Assembly: GCA_015680685.1 (NCBI GenBank)
Contig: MNCI01002045.1
Span: 281,249 to 345,248, forward strand
Direction of reading: 5' to 3'
Origin: Gnetum montanum
Taxonomy: Eukaryota; Plantae; Gnetophyta
Length of the DNA: 64,000 nucleotides
A program made the position numbers and the translations under genes. How positions within the stretch are numbered: position 1 is the first letter of the stretch; the number at the start of each line of letters is the position of its first letter. Shown here one piece after another: positions 1 through 13,790 of this stretch. The notes under the pieces were generated by a model. That model saw nothing but the letters and a program-made list of their open reading frames with translations, made no database searches and had not been told where the DNA came from.

Positions 1-381
1 GATATGTTATAACATCTTGGGACAAACATCTTGACTAAGATGTCATAACATCTTGAATGGTAGGGAAAGATTGGGAAATAGTAGGTAAGATCTCAACAAC
101 TCAAGAACAAGAACCAATTACAAATAAGAAAAATCACAAGAACAATCTAGTACTTTAATTATCAAATAACAAGGCTAAATATCTTAATAGGAATAGACCA
201 ACAACTAAGATTACATATATATCAAAGAAAGAGGAATTAAAGTCAAACCAATATGCAAAATAAGAATCATTACAAAAACATGACAAGATTATAGCAAGGG
301 AAATAGATCTAAAAAAGTATAAAAATAAAACTAACAAAATTCGAAAAACTCCAAACTAACCATCATGGGAAACCAAACCAC

Positions 382-382
<1 letters not shown>

Positions 383-410
<28 letters not shown>
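383..410. repeat. (TC)14 microsatellite
   Basis: Direct reading. Confidence 0.95.
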
Positions 411-413
<3 letters not shown>

Positions 414-513
414 CAAAGATCATAACCACATAAGAATTTACTGCATTACTATTAATCAATCTCAATCGAAGATCATAACCACAAAAGAATTTACTGCATT
501 ACCATTAATCAAT
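408..513. repeat. 53-bp tandem duplication
   Basis: CTCAATCAAAGATCATAACCACATAAGAATTTACTGCATTAC... at 408-460 is repeated with few changes at 461-513. Confidence 0.9.
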
Positions 514-517
514 TACA

Positions 518-1373
518 ATCACATGTATTTTACATCATTCATAGGTAGCTACCAATTTCAAATCTAGCTACAAGAAGCAATTAGCATTTTTTGAGTATGG
601 ATAAAGACTCCTGTACCAAAAACTAGACAACAAAAGATTTCCAAAGCCAAAAATAAAAGTTAAACATGTTTCTATTTGCATTTTGGATAGTTATAGATAG
701 TAATAAGTTATTTATACCATTTTGATATATTTTGTAAGGTTACTATCTATACCCAACCAACTATTGGTAGCGACTAGCTAATTGCATCTATTTCTCTATG
801 TTCATAACCTATCGCTACCCAATCCTCTAGAAAGAAGGGGTAGCAACCCATTATAAATTCATGCGCTAATCATTTGCATGGGGAATTTTGGGCTTCTAAT
901 GTTCATTCCCTAAGGATCTCCAACTTATCCCCCTTCTTCATTCATTCTAGCTATTATTGCATTGAATTAGATGTTGTTTAGGATTATGGCCCCAACCTAT
1001 GGATGTTCCATCAGTATTTCCATTTGGACACTCTCTATTTAAGGACAAAAAGTGTGAGTCCTTGATTTGTGTATGTGGTGTAGTCCACTCATTCCTTTCA
1101 TGGGTATGTAATTTGATTTTGGTTTTTACAATTCATAAACAAATTGTACTATCAAGCTCATATTACAAGCCTAGTAGGTGATAGCTACAAATGTAAAAGT
1201 GTTGGGATTAGGGTTAAGACATTAGAAACATCCAATTTTCCATTATTTTATCTATATATTGTTCATTGCTTGTTCTACCATAGGCTATGTGGATATGACT
1301 TGCAAGTCTATCACAGATGAGATGACATCCCACAATGTCCAATGCATCGAACCAATCTAGATTACACTCATCA
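518..1373 (+). repeat. 5' LTR (5' part displaced) of the Athila-type element
   Basis: Colinear with 17065-17920, e.g. the ORF-track peptides MDVPSVFPFGHSLFKD and MDVPLALSSGHSLFKD. Confidence 0.8.
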
Positions 1374-1376
1374 ATT

Positions 1377-1390
1377 TAGCACCATTGCCA
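1377..1390 (+). promoter_or_regulatory. Degenerate primer-binding site (tRNA-Asp type)
   Basis: TAGCACCATTGCCA compared with consensus TGGCGCCGTTGCCG; the differences are G>A. Lies directly after the LTR end. Confidence 0.65.
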
Positions 1391-1822
1391 TAGCCAATAC
1401 CACAAACAACGTGTATAGAGGTTTCTATATTTTCTTTATTTTATTTTATTTCATTGGATTTTTAAATAACAAAATTTGTTTAAATTAAAATATTTTGAGG
1501 TTGTGCATGAAGTAATACAACATGCATAATCATAAACCCACGCTACCATGACTACATTGTCTTCATCAAGTATCAAAGCAAGTCACTACCATTTCCTACT
1601 CTTGGAATAGGTAGTAACCGATTAATATAGATCAATATCGGTCCCTACTCTTGGAACATGTAGTGACCTATTAATCTAGATCATTACTAGTTTAGATTAT
1701 TAGTACAATTAGCAACAAATGAAGAAGATCTATTGCAACCAAAGTGTATCCACCACCAATGGAGCTTGAGCCAACAGTGTAGCACATTCATGGTAACTAA
1801 AGTAGATCCATCGTAGACAAAG

Positions 1823-2635
1823 TGATGAGCCACAATATCGTGTATGTGATATTGCGTATGCGATATTGCGTCCACCCCCACGATATCATGGCCTGCCGCA
1901 ATGTCTATAAATAAGAGGCGGCTTTCCCTATTTTAGGCACTTAGACTTAGACCAGTAGCCAAACTATAGCAGTTTTACCATTCCAGAGTTAGAATAATTT
2001 CCATGTGCCTGCAGTAGTAGTCTTAAAGTGAACAGATCTTTATTCGAGCAAATTGTACTTGAGCACACATTTGTGTACGAAAATAAAGACAAACTTTCTG
2101 ATAAACCTTGCAGCATGTGGACTAAGCTAAATAGGAATTAATTATTGTTAAATGTTTAAATGCTTTCCTAGATAATTAAATCTCTCTCAACCCTTGACTC
2201 TTCTAGTTAAGTGCATTCAGTACAACCACTTCGAGCACATGTGTAACACTTGGTAACTGAATAACAAGTAGCGTTTGGTAATCCCAATAGCGTTGTGCTG
2301 GTTTAGGGTGCGTGCGGCAAGTGGGAATGGATACTAGTGCTAGGACAATTAGATCTTAGTTAGTGAATAGTTAATGAAAGTTAGTCACTTAGTTCTCTTC
2401 ACCTTCCCCTATTAGTATAAGACATTAAAAAGATAAAAGATATAAAAATCATATACCTCAAGCTTACTTAACCATACAATCGTGACAATACAAGTAAGCT
2501 TGGGAAGATAGCGATTGATTAACCTTAAGTGTTCCATTAAGGCACGTAAGCACTTGGTCCTTGGAGTTTGACTGGATTGCGCATGAGATGCTCGTATTTA
2601 TATGCTTGAGTGTAGGGGTACCTCGCCACTCATCA
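1823..2635 (+). repeat. 5' LTR, family A
   Basis: TG...CA ends, TATA box (CTATAAATA ~1905), followed by a PBS. Near reverse-complement of the solo LTR at 24820-25630. Confidence 0.9.
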
Positions 2636-2636
2636 T

Positions 2637-2654
2637 TGGCGTTGTTGCCAAGGA
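2637..2654 (+). promoter_or_regulatory. PBS complementary to the tRNA-Asp 3' end
   Basis: TGGCGTTGTTGCCAAGGA compared with TGGCGCCGTTGCCGGGGA. Confidence 0.85.
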
Positions 2655-2781
2655 CTTAGTTATTTGTGCACTACGTAGAACATAGGAGATCATCCATATC
2701 ATTGGGAAGCTAGAACAAACCCTTAGGGTTGATCAAAAGAAAAATAAGACAACAGTAAATCACACACCGAACAAGAAAAAA

Positions 2782-5700
2782 ATGTCTTCTTCTTCACACA
2801 AAATCACTTCACCGCCTAGGACTCACACAAGAGACAGTCGGCGGCACAACACACGTAACCAAGATCCACCAATCCCTCAATAGTTCCATGTGGTATATAT
2901 TCATCATGATGAGTATGTATATGATTTTACCTTTATTCTCCATCAAGATGAACAACTACGTTGGAGAGACTTGGAGGGTAACATAGTGTTGCCTCTAGAT
3001 CGAGCAGTCCCCAACATGCTTCTTCGTGCTCTTGCATGAGTAGGCATGTTACAATTATACATAGAATACGTTGCATGTGATTATGACACAAGGGATTACC
3101 ATCCCACAGACGCTCAACATCAAAGGAACTTGCAATAGGAGAGATACTATACCTCGTTGATGGGCAAAGGACCCCATAATGCTCCACCCATCTTAAGCAA
3201 AATTGAGGTTGGTGAACCTATTTCAATAGGTTCTCCACAAAATGATGTTCCCCCTCTTAACAATGGTTAGGAGGTGGTGTATTAGAACCTCCACTCTATG
3301 ATTCACAATCCTAGTTCTGATCCCCACGAACATGAAGTGTTTAATGAGGGAACACAAACACATGATAAGGGTAGGCAGTCTGATCGTAATCACGATCGGG
3401 GCCGAGACCACCGAAGAGAAGGTAGGGAACATCGTCATGGCAATGGTCCTCCTTCTTCTTCACCTTCATCATCATATTCACCCTCTCCTTCAGTATTAGG
3501 ATGCAGTCATAAGNNNNNNNNNNNNNNNNNNNNNNNNNNNNNNNNNNNNNNNNNNNNNNNNNNNNNNNNNNNNNNNNNNNNNNNNNNNNNNNNNNNNNNN
3601 NNNNNNNNNNNNNNNNNNNNNNNNNNNNNNNNNNNNNNNNNNNNNNNNNNNNNNNNNNNNNNNNNNNNNNNNNNNNNNNNNNNNNNNNNNNNNNNNNNNN
3701 NNNNNNNNNNNNNNNNNNNNNNNNNNNNNNNNNNNNNNNNNNNNNNNNNNNNNNNNNNNNNNNNNNNNNNNNNNNNNNNNNNNNNNNNNNNNNNNNNNNN
3801 NNNNNNNNNNNNNNNNNNNNNNNNNNNNNNNNNNNNNNNNNNNNNNNNNNNNNNNNNNNNNNNNNNNNNNNNNNNNNNNNNNNNNNNNNNNNNNNNNNNN
3901 NNNNNNNNNNNNNNNNNNNNNNNNNNNNNNNNNNNNNNNNNNNNNNNNNNNNNNNNNNNNNNNNNNNNNNNNNNNNNNNNNNNNNNNNNNNNNNNNNNNN
4001 NNNNNNNNNNNNNNNNNNNNNNNNNNNNNNNNNNNNNNNNNNNNNNNNNNNNNNNNNNNNNNNNNNNNNNNNNNNNNNNNNNNNNNNNNNNNNNNNNNNN
4101 NNNNNNNNNNNNNNNNNNNNNNNNNNNNNNNNNNNNNNNNNNNNNNNNNNNNNNNNNNNNNNNNNNNNNNNNNNNNAAAGTTAATAAAAGAAGTGTCAGC
4201 AAAGGTAGACCAGATGTGGGACTCCCTAGATAGCAGATTTGAAACCGTTCTTAAAATTGTAGAGGAGTCTAGGGAGCGAAGTAGTGACTATGAAAAAAAG
4301 AAAAAGAGGGACATGGACCATGCACGTAACAAAGGTAAGAGTAAAATGACCATCACCGAAGAGGCTGTGGATTCTAATATGGACAATGAAGGTGGATGTG
4401 AAATATGCCAATACAAGCATCCTAAGGGATGTTGCCCAATAATCTCACACCTACAAGAGTCTAGGGTGTGTGCACTCAACCCACAACTTAACAAACGGCA
4501 AGCACCTCGACAGTTACCTTATCCCCAGGGTAACCCAAGGCAGTTTCACCAACCTTTAATGTATTATCCAAGTGGAACTCCACCACAACCTATTGAGCAA
4601 CACCAACAATGGAAATACCTGCAGTCATGGGGGATGCCACCGCCAAGGCAACAATACCCTTACCGGCAACCAGATCCATATGGCTACTACATGCAGTAGC
4701 TAATCTCTCCATGTGACTTTGTTGATCATGTGACACCACAACATCACTACCAAGCTTTGGAGTATTATAGGACTCCTTCTCCTGGGAGAGATAACCCATA
4801 GACATACCATCCTCCAAACCCATCTGCAACTTTCACACCGATAGCTCCATTACCACCAGCTCCAGTAATGCAAGGATAACTCCTCACTCAACTGTAGCAA
4901 CAAAATGCCACAAGAGATGTGAACCTTCAACCCACTACTGGTTCTGACAACTGTACAAAGAGAAGACCTTTCTTCAAAACCAACAGTCCAACCAAGCTCT
5001 CACAACCACAAGCAGTTGAGCCTCTAAATGCTTCACCATCAAATAAGGTTTCAAAGCTCCCTTCAAACCAAAAATAGAGCTCAATGTACACGTTTATGTT
5101 AACACATGCCGTCATTGACTAGATTAAGGAGGGCCATCTTCCTAGGAAATTCTCTAACCCTGGAATTCCTTTAATCTATCTTCAAGTCACTAGGAATGAG
5201 CCATGTAAAGCTCTTTTGGACTTAGGTTCTAGAGTCAACTTAATATCACAAGAGATGTATAAAGCCTGGAACCTGCCTCCACTAAAGAAGAGAAATATTC
5301 ACTTAGAGTTGGCTAACCAGTCCATCACTGTTCCCTTGGGATTGGTGGAGGACATCATTACCACTATGTGTGGGTGGTCATACCCAGCTAATTTCCTAGT
5401 GATACAAGTAAACAATGACAAAGGGAACTTCCCAATAATAATGGGAAGGGCATGGCTAAGTACCATAAACGCATGCCTAGGAATCCATGATCTTTCCCTA
5501 GAAATATCTAAGGAAAACACTTTTTGGAAGATCGAGAAGAAGAAAGTTCCATGCATCACATACAGTGATACAGGATGTGATTGTGTACAGGAATCTTCAA
5601 CACTATCTGCATGCAACTGGTGTGCCCAAGAAATTAACATACAAAAGTGCCTGTATGTAGAAACCACACAACAAAAAGACACCCAGTGGTTGATAGCTGA

Positions 5701-5839
5701 TCAAGAGAGCAACTCACCAACATGCATGGAACTAACTAGGGAAACCACTTACGCCCACGTTGAAGGCATAGATGCATTGGAGCAAGAGTGTTGCCAACTT
5801 CCAAACCTTAACCTAAAAACATCAATAGGGGGAAGCTGA
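2782..5839 (+). pseudogene. gag + aspartic protease of the family A element (stops; spans an N gap)
   Basis: ATG at 2782 is in frame with ORF 3298. CCHC knuckle CEICQYKHPKGCCP (~4400). Protease ALLDLGSRVNLI...PIIMGRAWL (5216-5470). Confidence 0.85.
3514..4176. other. Assembly gap (N)
   Basis: Run of N. Confidence 1.
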
Positions 5840-6030
5840 AAATTCCTAAAAATTTCAAACAAGCACTTCGATAAAAGATTACTAGTTAATGCACAACCAA
5901 CCAAACCTTACCATGAATCTAGAACGGTCAATGCATACAACACATCGGAGATAGGACAACCTCGCTCATTATTTCGAATCTTCTCCTTTCAACTCAGTCA
6001 TGGGGGAGATGGCCACCTATGCTGATCATT

Positions 6031-6582
6031 TAAAGATGAACTTTCTGATAAACCTTGCAGCATGTGGACTAAGCTAAATAGGAATTAATTATTGTTAAAT
6101 GTTTAAATGCTTTCCTAGATAATTAAATCTCTCTCAACCCTTGACTCTCCTAGTTAAGTGCATTTAGTACGATCGCTTCGAGCACATGTGTAATGCTCGG
6201 TAACCCAGTAACAAGTAGCGTTTGGTAATCCTAGTAGCATTGCACTGGTTCAGGGTGTGTGTGGCAAGTGGGAATGGATAATAGTGCTAGGACAATTAGA
6301 ACTTAGTTAGTGAATAGTTAATGAAAGTTAGTCACTTAGTTCTCTTCACCTTCCCCTATTAGTATAAGACATTAAAAAGATAAAAGATATAAAAATCATA
6401 TATCTCAAGCTTACTTAACCATACAATCGTGACAATACAAGTAAGCTTGGGAAGATAGCGATTGATTAACCTTAAGTGTTCCATTATGGTGCATAAGCAC
6501 TTGGTCCTTGGAGTTCAACCGAATTGCGCGTGAGATGCTCATATTCATATGGTTGAGTGTAGGAGTACCTTGCCACTCATCA
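6031..6582 (+). repeat. 5'-truncated 3' LTR, family A
   Basis: Matches 2084-2635 and lacks the first ~260 bp of the LTR. Confidence 0.9.
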
Positions 6583-8002
6583 CAAAGCATGAGCAAAATT
6601 TGGTGTTGCAGCATAGACAGGTGTGGGTTACAAATCTTGCATATCACTACTTGTTTCTATGTAGTAGCAACTAGCTACCATTAGGTAATATCTAATTCCC
6701 ATATACTTTTGTAAATGTTGTTCTTCACCAATTTTTAGGTACACCTATAGCCCTTATTCTTTGAAGTCTAAAGACACCCGTCATTATTTTAAGCTTTCAA
6801 TAACCTTTATGCATTAATTATTATTATGAAATTTAAATGCAAAAGTTATTTTGGTAAACCAAAGTTTAAAGATGATGAGGAAGAACAACCTCTAATTGAT
6901 AGGAAAAAATTAGATTAGGAATTAGCCAAATACTTAAGGAAGAAAAAGAAGAAACCTTTGTATAAATGAACAGTTACTAGAGTAGCAATAACTAGAGCCA
7001 TATCTTGCATCACCAAGCTACATTAATAATAGTTGTAGCTTTCATAGTAGCTACTATTAGTGAATAAATGTATAAAACATGGAGAGAAAAATTTTAAAAC
7101 ACTAGGACACATACAACCTCCATGCAAAGTCTATAGTAAATACAAGAAGCTATCCAAAACCCCTCACATTAAATCATCCTTGTATTCTCCTAAGAAAAAC
7201 CTACAATGTATAAATTTGGAACCACTTTTGAAATCACCATCTTGAATTCAATTTGAAATAAAGAAAGTAATCAAACCTAACCTAGCATTAGATTTTAGTA
7301 CCACAAACAAGCTCATCAATTATCTTGAATCTTTCTTAGAACAATTTGAAAAGAAGATTTCTTTATTCAATCCTCTAGAAGATTCCCAAATAGAATCATT
7401 AGAAATTAGAATCACAAATCTTGATCCATATCTAACACATTATTAAATATTATTCATCAAGAGATAAAGCAGCAAGATTTCCTAATCCATGACCTAGATT
7501 TCTTAGTTCATCTGCTTAGAAATTTAGTCCACCAAGTTAATAAGTTAGCCATAATAGTATAATGTGAGTCTAGAAATTCCACATCAACTTCTAAACAATT
7601 TATTAACATGATACCATTCTGATTTATAACTTTTAGTACAAAATTGAGGATGAATTCAAAGAGTAACTTGCAAATATTAGACACACTGCCTTGATTCCAA
7701 CCCTAGGTGGACATTTAGTTAGTTAACATAGGGATTGGAAGGACCAATTAAGAGTAATTGAGCACTCCTATCAACTTGCTCACACTAAAGAATCTATAAT
7801 GTCATCCAACTATAATAATAGTTCTTCTCTTTCCACACAATAACTGTTAAATACTCTAAGCTCAACACAAGGACTTAACAATATGAATGTACCACTAGTT
7901 AATCAACCTCTATTTGCAATAGGACTAGTTCCTTAAAATACCTTTTTTGAAGCCTTGACACAACAATTATTTCCCTATTGAACTCCTTACATAGGCCCAA
8001 GC

Positions 8003-11000
8003 ATGGCTTCCCAGTTACATAAACAAATTACTTTAGTTCCACAAGGATCCTTAATTTTTTCACCAAGGTCTTATGGTGAAATTCAACATTTTAATCTCTT
8101 CCCAGAATTTCATGGAACTAATGATGAAGATCTAATGACTCATGTCTATAATTTTAAGATGACTTTTGACCTACTTATGTTGAAAGGAGAAGAAAGATCT
8201 AAAATGATGTCATTTAAATTAACTTTAAGAGATAAGGCCAATTTTTGGTTACAAGAACCCAAAACTCCAATTTCATCTTATGATGAATTTAAGTAAGCCT
8301 TTTTACATTGGTTCATATCAAAGGAACAACTATATAATTTGATAAAATAGCTATTGAGTTTTACTCAAAATGATGACAAGGATTATGAAAGTGCTTACAA
8401 ATTATTTACAAGTGTATGTCTTAAAAGTCTAAATCATGGATTCCATGTAGCATAGTTAATTTAAATCTTCATAGAGGAACTTCTACCATATTATCATCAA
8501 AATGATTAGTAATAGATGAACGATGAAGAATTCTTGACATACTAGTGGAACAAAGTAAACATTGGACATGACCTAATTTTGAAGGATCTACTGCCTTCTT
8601 AACAAAGAAGGTGGATCACCTAACACCTTTCTTTATGGCTAACATTAAGAATGTTACCTTTGCAAATACCACTTCCCCTAGTTATTATGAACAATCAACT
8701 AAATCTTGTAAAATTTGTGGAAACAACCAACATCATATAGCTAACTATCGTACATTACCATATTATGTATCCTCAATTCAAGAATTGATTAAATTGGTTT
8801 AACATCAGCACTATCAACAACATAGACCAAACCTTAACTATGAAACTTTTAAGAATTTTGTTCAATAGAGGGAATAATATGCTAATAGGCTAGGCAAAAT
8901 GGAAAGAAGGATGGATCACTAAGTTGATGATTTATGCATCAAACTTCAGTGATGGTTCTAGAATCTACATAAAACCAAGTTACCTTCTTAACCGGAGTGA
9001 AACCCAATAATTCATTAACTACCCAAAGTGAAGGAATAATCCAATCAAATTACAACTCAAAGTGGCAAAGTCCGCACTCCAAGAACATGTCCAAAACATA
9101 AAACACATCCTAAAATTACCTTTCATGATATTCTAGAGACCATTGCTCGCAATCCCAAATTGAAACCATTCTAAGTTAACCTTTAGAAACACCTACCACA
9201 AAAACTATTCCAATAGAACCATAGAGTCCTATACTGAACCATGAATAAAAAGCATCCTTTCCCAACAAATTACAGAAAAAAATGGAGAAAGAACACATGG
9301 ACAAATTACTTGGCCAATTAAACTTAACTATACTCTATGGACAAGACATTCAAGATACCCCCACATATGCCAATTATCTTAAGGGATTATATACTAATAA
9401 TGAAAGATGAAGTTTTCAAAAAAACATCTACCTCATTAATGGAATTTCTAATTTTCTCAAGCATACAAAGCCTACAAAGTACAAGGACCCTAAAGCATCC
9501 ACTATTCCAATAAAAATGAAAGGTATGGAAATCCAACATGCATTACTTGACCTAGGTATCAGTATTAACATTATACTATCAACTGTAGCACACAAATTGG
9601 GATTACAAAATGTTGGTAAAACTTCAATGACTATATCACTAGCTAATGCTTCATTAATCACTCATAAAGGCAACATTGAAGACGTATTGGTGTAAGTTGA
9701 AAATGGTGTTTATCCAAAAAAAAATTTAAGGTCTTGGAAATCAAAAACTCTAATTCTTTTTCCATTACTCTAGGGGGGCCCTAGTTAGCAACCTCTAATG
9801 CCATCATATATTGTCACTCTCAGTTACTTGTGTTATCATTTAGAGAACTTAAATTTCATTATAACATTTTCAACATCTCTAAAATAATGTATCAAAAATT
9901 CCGAGAAGATTTTAAGATGATAATTGATATCATACCTATAATATTTACTAAAAAGAAAGAGTTATTAGTATTGCATAATGAAGAACATACAACCCTAGAA
10001 GATGAGGAATATTAGAATCTAATAGAGCTTGTTTCTTAGTCACTTAATGTAGGATCTAATACAATTCTCTATCAAAAAATCAAGAAGGGTAAATTACTTA
10101 TCTTAAAAGAACTACCATCCTAGTTGAAGCATATATTTATCCACCTAGATAAACCTTTAATCATTAGTGATACACTGACCAACAAACAAGAAGAAAAATT
10201 AACTCAATTATTTTGACTCAAATCTCAAGCATTCGCTTCATCATATGAGAACCTCAAAGACAACGTATCACCTCATCTATGCCAACACCAAATTTACTTG
10301 GAAGAAAATGCTAAACCAACTCATATACCACCTCAACGCATTAATCCAACATTAAAACAAGTGGTTAAGGATGAAATATCTAAGTTATGGAAAGAAGGCA
10401 TCATCTGCCCCATTTTAGATAGTGATTGGGTAAGTCCAATTACTGTCATGTCTACAAAAAATGAAAAATGAAGGATATGCATAGATTACTAAAAATTAAA
10501 TCAGTACACTTAGAAAGATCATTTCCCATTTTCTTATATTGATCAAATTTTGGAAAAATTTGCTAAACATGACTTCTATTATTTCCTTGATGGGTTTAGT
10601 GATTATAACCAAATTGTCATTGCCCCTAAAGATTAATAGAAAACAACATTTACTTGTCTGTTTGGCACTTTTGCTTTTTGTGCATGTCATTTGGGCTCTA
10701 CAATACTCTAGCTACCTTCTAACAAGTAATGATTGCTATTTTTCTGGATATGTTGGAAGATTTTGTGAAAATTTTCATGGATTATTTTTCTATTTATGGT
10801 AATTCCTTCAAATAAACTTTACAATGATTAGCCATAGTCTTGGATAGATGTATTGATAAAAATCTTAAGTTAAGTTGGGAGAAAAGTCACTTTATGAGGA
10901 CTAAAGGTGTCATTTAGGTCAAACAATATCAAAAACAGGAATCAAAATGGGTGACAATAAAGTAAAATTCATTACCAAACTACCGTCCCAAACAAATGTA

Positions 11001-13790
11001 AATTTTGTCCAATCATTTCTAGGACATGTGAAATATTATTAGTGATTTATACCACACTTTTGTAAAATTGTCAAACCATTGCATACATTTTTGAAAAAGA
11101 AAACCAAATTTCAATGGACTTCTAAATATGAAGAGGCCTTTTAAACTTTGAAAAATAAAATTACTTTGGCCCTAATCATTCGTAGCCCTAACTGGGATTA
11201 CCCATTTGATCTTATGTGGGATGCAAGTGATACTATCATTTGTTATATTTCATGCATACTAGACCATGTTCAAATGAATTATACAATCATTGAAAAAGAA
11301 CTTTTTTCAATAGTCTTTACCATGGATAAGTTTCGACATTATTTAGTAGTCTACAAGACTTGAGTATATACAAATCATTTAGCAATTAAGTTCTTAAGAA
11401 TAAAACAAATTAAAAATGCATGAATTATGCAATTATGTTTACTCTTATAGGAGTTTGACATTCAAATCTTAGATAAGAAAGGAAATGAAAATGTAGTAGA
11501 TGATAACCTATCATGTATTGATCTTCCCCAACAACATCAAATTCCAAGTGAATTTACAAATGAATCCCCTAATGAAAAAATTTTTACAACTAGACATCAT
11601 GACCCATGGTAAACCAATTATGCAAATTATCTCACAATGTTACTGATGAGTGGCGAGGTACCCCTACACTCAACCATACAAATACGAGCGTTTCACACGC
11701 GATCCGGTCGAACTCCGCAGACGAACTAGTTGTGGCACCTAGACAGTTATCCTTAGGTCGCAGTTCGCTGTCTTCCCACCTGGACTAGTGTTATATTTGT
11801 CATGTATGGTTTAGTCCAGATGAGGTGTATGATATGTTCCTAATTCTAACGCTACTCCTGAAGGCAGAGGAATGTAATATTAACTAAGCTAAGCTAGGAG
11901 GAAAAGGGTAAGAAAATCTAATCTAGCCTAAGTGCGACGAGCAATCGATTCCTTGATCAACTATACACATCTTAGACCTCGTGCACGTCTACCACAAGGA
12001 TTACCAAGCGCAGATCCTAGGTACGCCACTGGGCTACCAAGTAGTCACACTTAAATGCTCGAAATCAAGTCGTACTCGTTCCACGTTGCGATGATTAACC
12101 GATTCCTTAACTAACCATACACATCCTTAGATGCTCGTAATCAAGTCATACTCACACCGCATTCTAGGAGTTTAAGGGTGAGAGAGAAAGCAGTAAATAC
12201 AAATTAAATAACAAAGTGACTGCTACAATAATGAAGTAATCTCGATCTTTATTGCCGATCATGTGCGTGTCCAAGTACGTCACACTCGAATAAGACACCG
12301 TACAATCACATTCACCACACTACGGGCAGACATGGGAAACATAATCTATCTTTGGAGTGGTCAAACTGCCAAAGCTTCGCTACTCTAACTCCTAATACCT
12401 AAAACTGGGAAAGCCACCTCTTATTTATAGAAATTGCGGCGCACTACGATATCGTGTACACGATATCGCAGGGACGACGCGATATCACGGCTGTTGCAAT
12501 ATCTCAGCTACTGATACAACAAGGTTGATATATCATGGCTGCGATATCACAGCCAACAAATTCATGACTCATCAGTTACAAACACCATCGGCATGGTCTC
12601 ATGTAGAAAAATGCAATTTCTTTCAAAAAGTTAAAAATTACATTTGGTCCAAACTCTACTTATACCGTAAATATATCGATAATATATCTCATAGATGTGT
12701 TTCAAAATGGGAGCATGTTGATATCCTTAAAAATCCTACCATGAGGGCATTGCAAATGCTTACTTTGATGTAAAATGTATAGAAGTAAAAGTATTACACT
12801 GTGGTTTTTCTTGGCCTACTTTCTTTAAGGATTCCACATCCTATGTTTGATCTTATAATAAATGTCGACAACTAGGTTAGGTATCTAAACGTGATGAAAA
12901 ACCTCTTAATCCAATTTCAATCTCGAAGCTTTTTGACATATGGAGTATTGACTTTCTTGGTTCATTAACCCCATCCTATGGTTGCTAATACATTTTGGTT
13001 TGTATCGACTACATTACCAAATGGATGGAAGCCAAAACAACTCCACATAACAATGTAAAAATGGTGATTTCCTTCTTTAAGAAATATATTCTTCAACTTT
13101 TTGGACTACCTAGGATTTTGATTAGTGATCAAGGTACACACTTTGTCAATAAATCCATGAAGGATCTCATGAAATCTTGTGGGATAAAACATAAGATTAC
13201 TAGCTTGTATCATCCATAGACAAATGGATAAGCTGAAAATACAAATTGGTCTATAGTATGCATTGTCAATAAGATTGTTATCACTAAGAAAATAGACTAG
13301 GAAAAATGATTAAATGTTGTCCTATAGGCATTTTGTACCCCTTGGAGTCCTAGCTTAGGATTTTTACCTTACCGGTTGGTCTACGGAAAGAAATGCTTGC
13401 TACCAATTAAGATTAAATACCAATCCATTCAATTATCAAAAGATATTGGTCTTTATGAGAAATTAAATATGACAACCCATATACAACAATTATATGAACT
13501 TGATAAATTATGAACTAAAGCTATTGATAAACAATGTATTATCAAAAAGCAAAAAAAACCTTTGCCATGCTAAGTTCATTTTCCATAAAATTTCCATAAA
13601 ACTTGCAACTAAATGGGAAGGATCCTATGTTGTAAAAGATGTTTATCCAAATGGAAATTTTCATATTCAGAATCTCAACCATAGTGAGGAGCCTTTTATA
13701 ATTAATGATTAGTGTCTTAAGTTCTATAATACTCCTCATGATAAACTTGAAGAAGAATGATCACTTAGTGATCCTAACTACATTACATAA
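8003..13790 (+). pseudogene. Degenerate gag-pol of the Athila-type element
   Basis: gag FPEFHGTNDED..LTLRDKANFWL; PR HALLDLGISINI (~9540); RT SDWVSP..RICIDY..RKDHFPF (10420-10540); RH NYTIIEKELFSIV; INT CIDYITKWMEA..ISDQGTHF..SLYHP, KWEGSY. Confidence 0.9.
11644..12574 (-). mobile_element. Solo LTR, family A (subtype 2), inserted in the RH-INT linker
   Basis: TGATGAG...CTCATCA termini, TSD GTTAC (11639-11643 and 12575-12579). Removing it rejoins PW*TNYANYL..KVKNYIW. Confidence 0.95.

Larger units (their letters stand above)
1..517 (-). mobile_element. Terminal fragment of an LTR-like repeat inserted into the 5' LTR of the Athila-type element
   Basis: Ends ...AATTACA at 517 (TGTAA on minus), where homology between 518-1373 and the 3' LTR (~17065-17920) begins. 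The other end is outside the window. Confidence 0.4.
1823..6582 (+). mobile_element. Non-autonomous Athila-type LTR element (family A) encoding only gag + protease (TR-GAG-like)
   Basis: TGATGAG...CTCATCA termini, perfect TSD CAAAG (1818-1822 and 6583-6587), tRNA-Asp PBS at 2637. No RT/RH/INT between protease and the 3' LTR. Confidence 0.9.

Noticed and set aside
3298-4233. Long ORFs here and at 47131-47449 and 62456-63308
   Set aside because: Their length comes from N gaps translated as X.
11606-11788. Recurrent peptide DEWRGTPTLNHTN (also at 24665, 6411, 62475) as a small gene family
   Set aside because: It is the translated terminus of family A LTRs.
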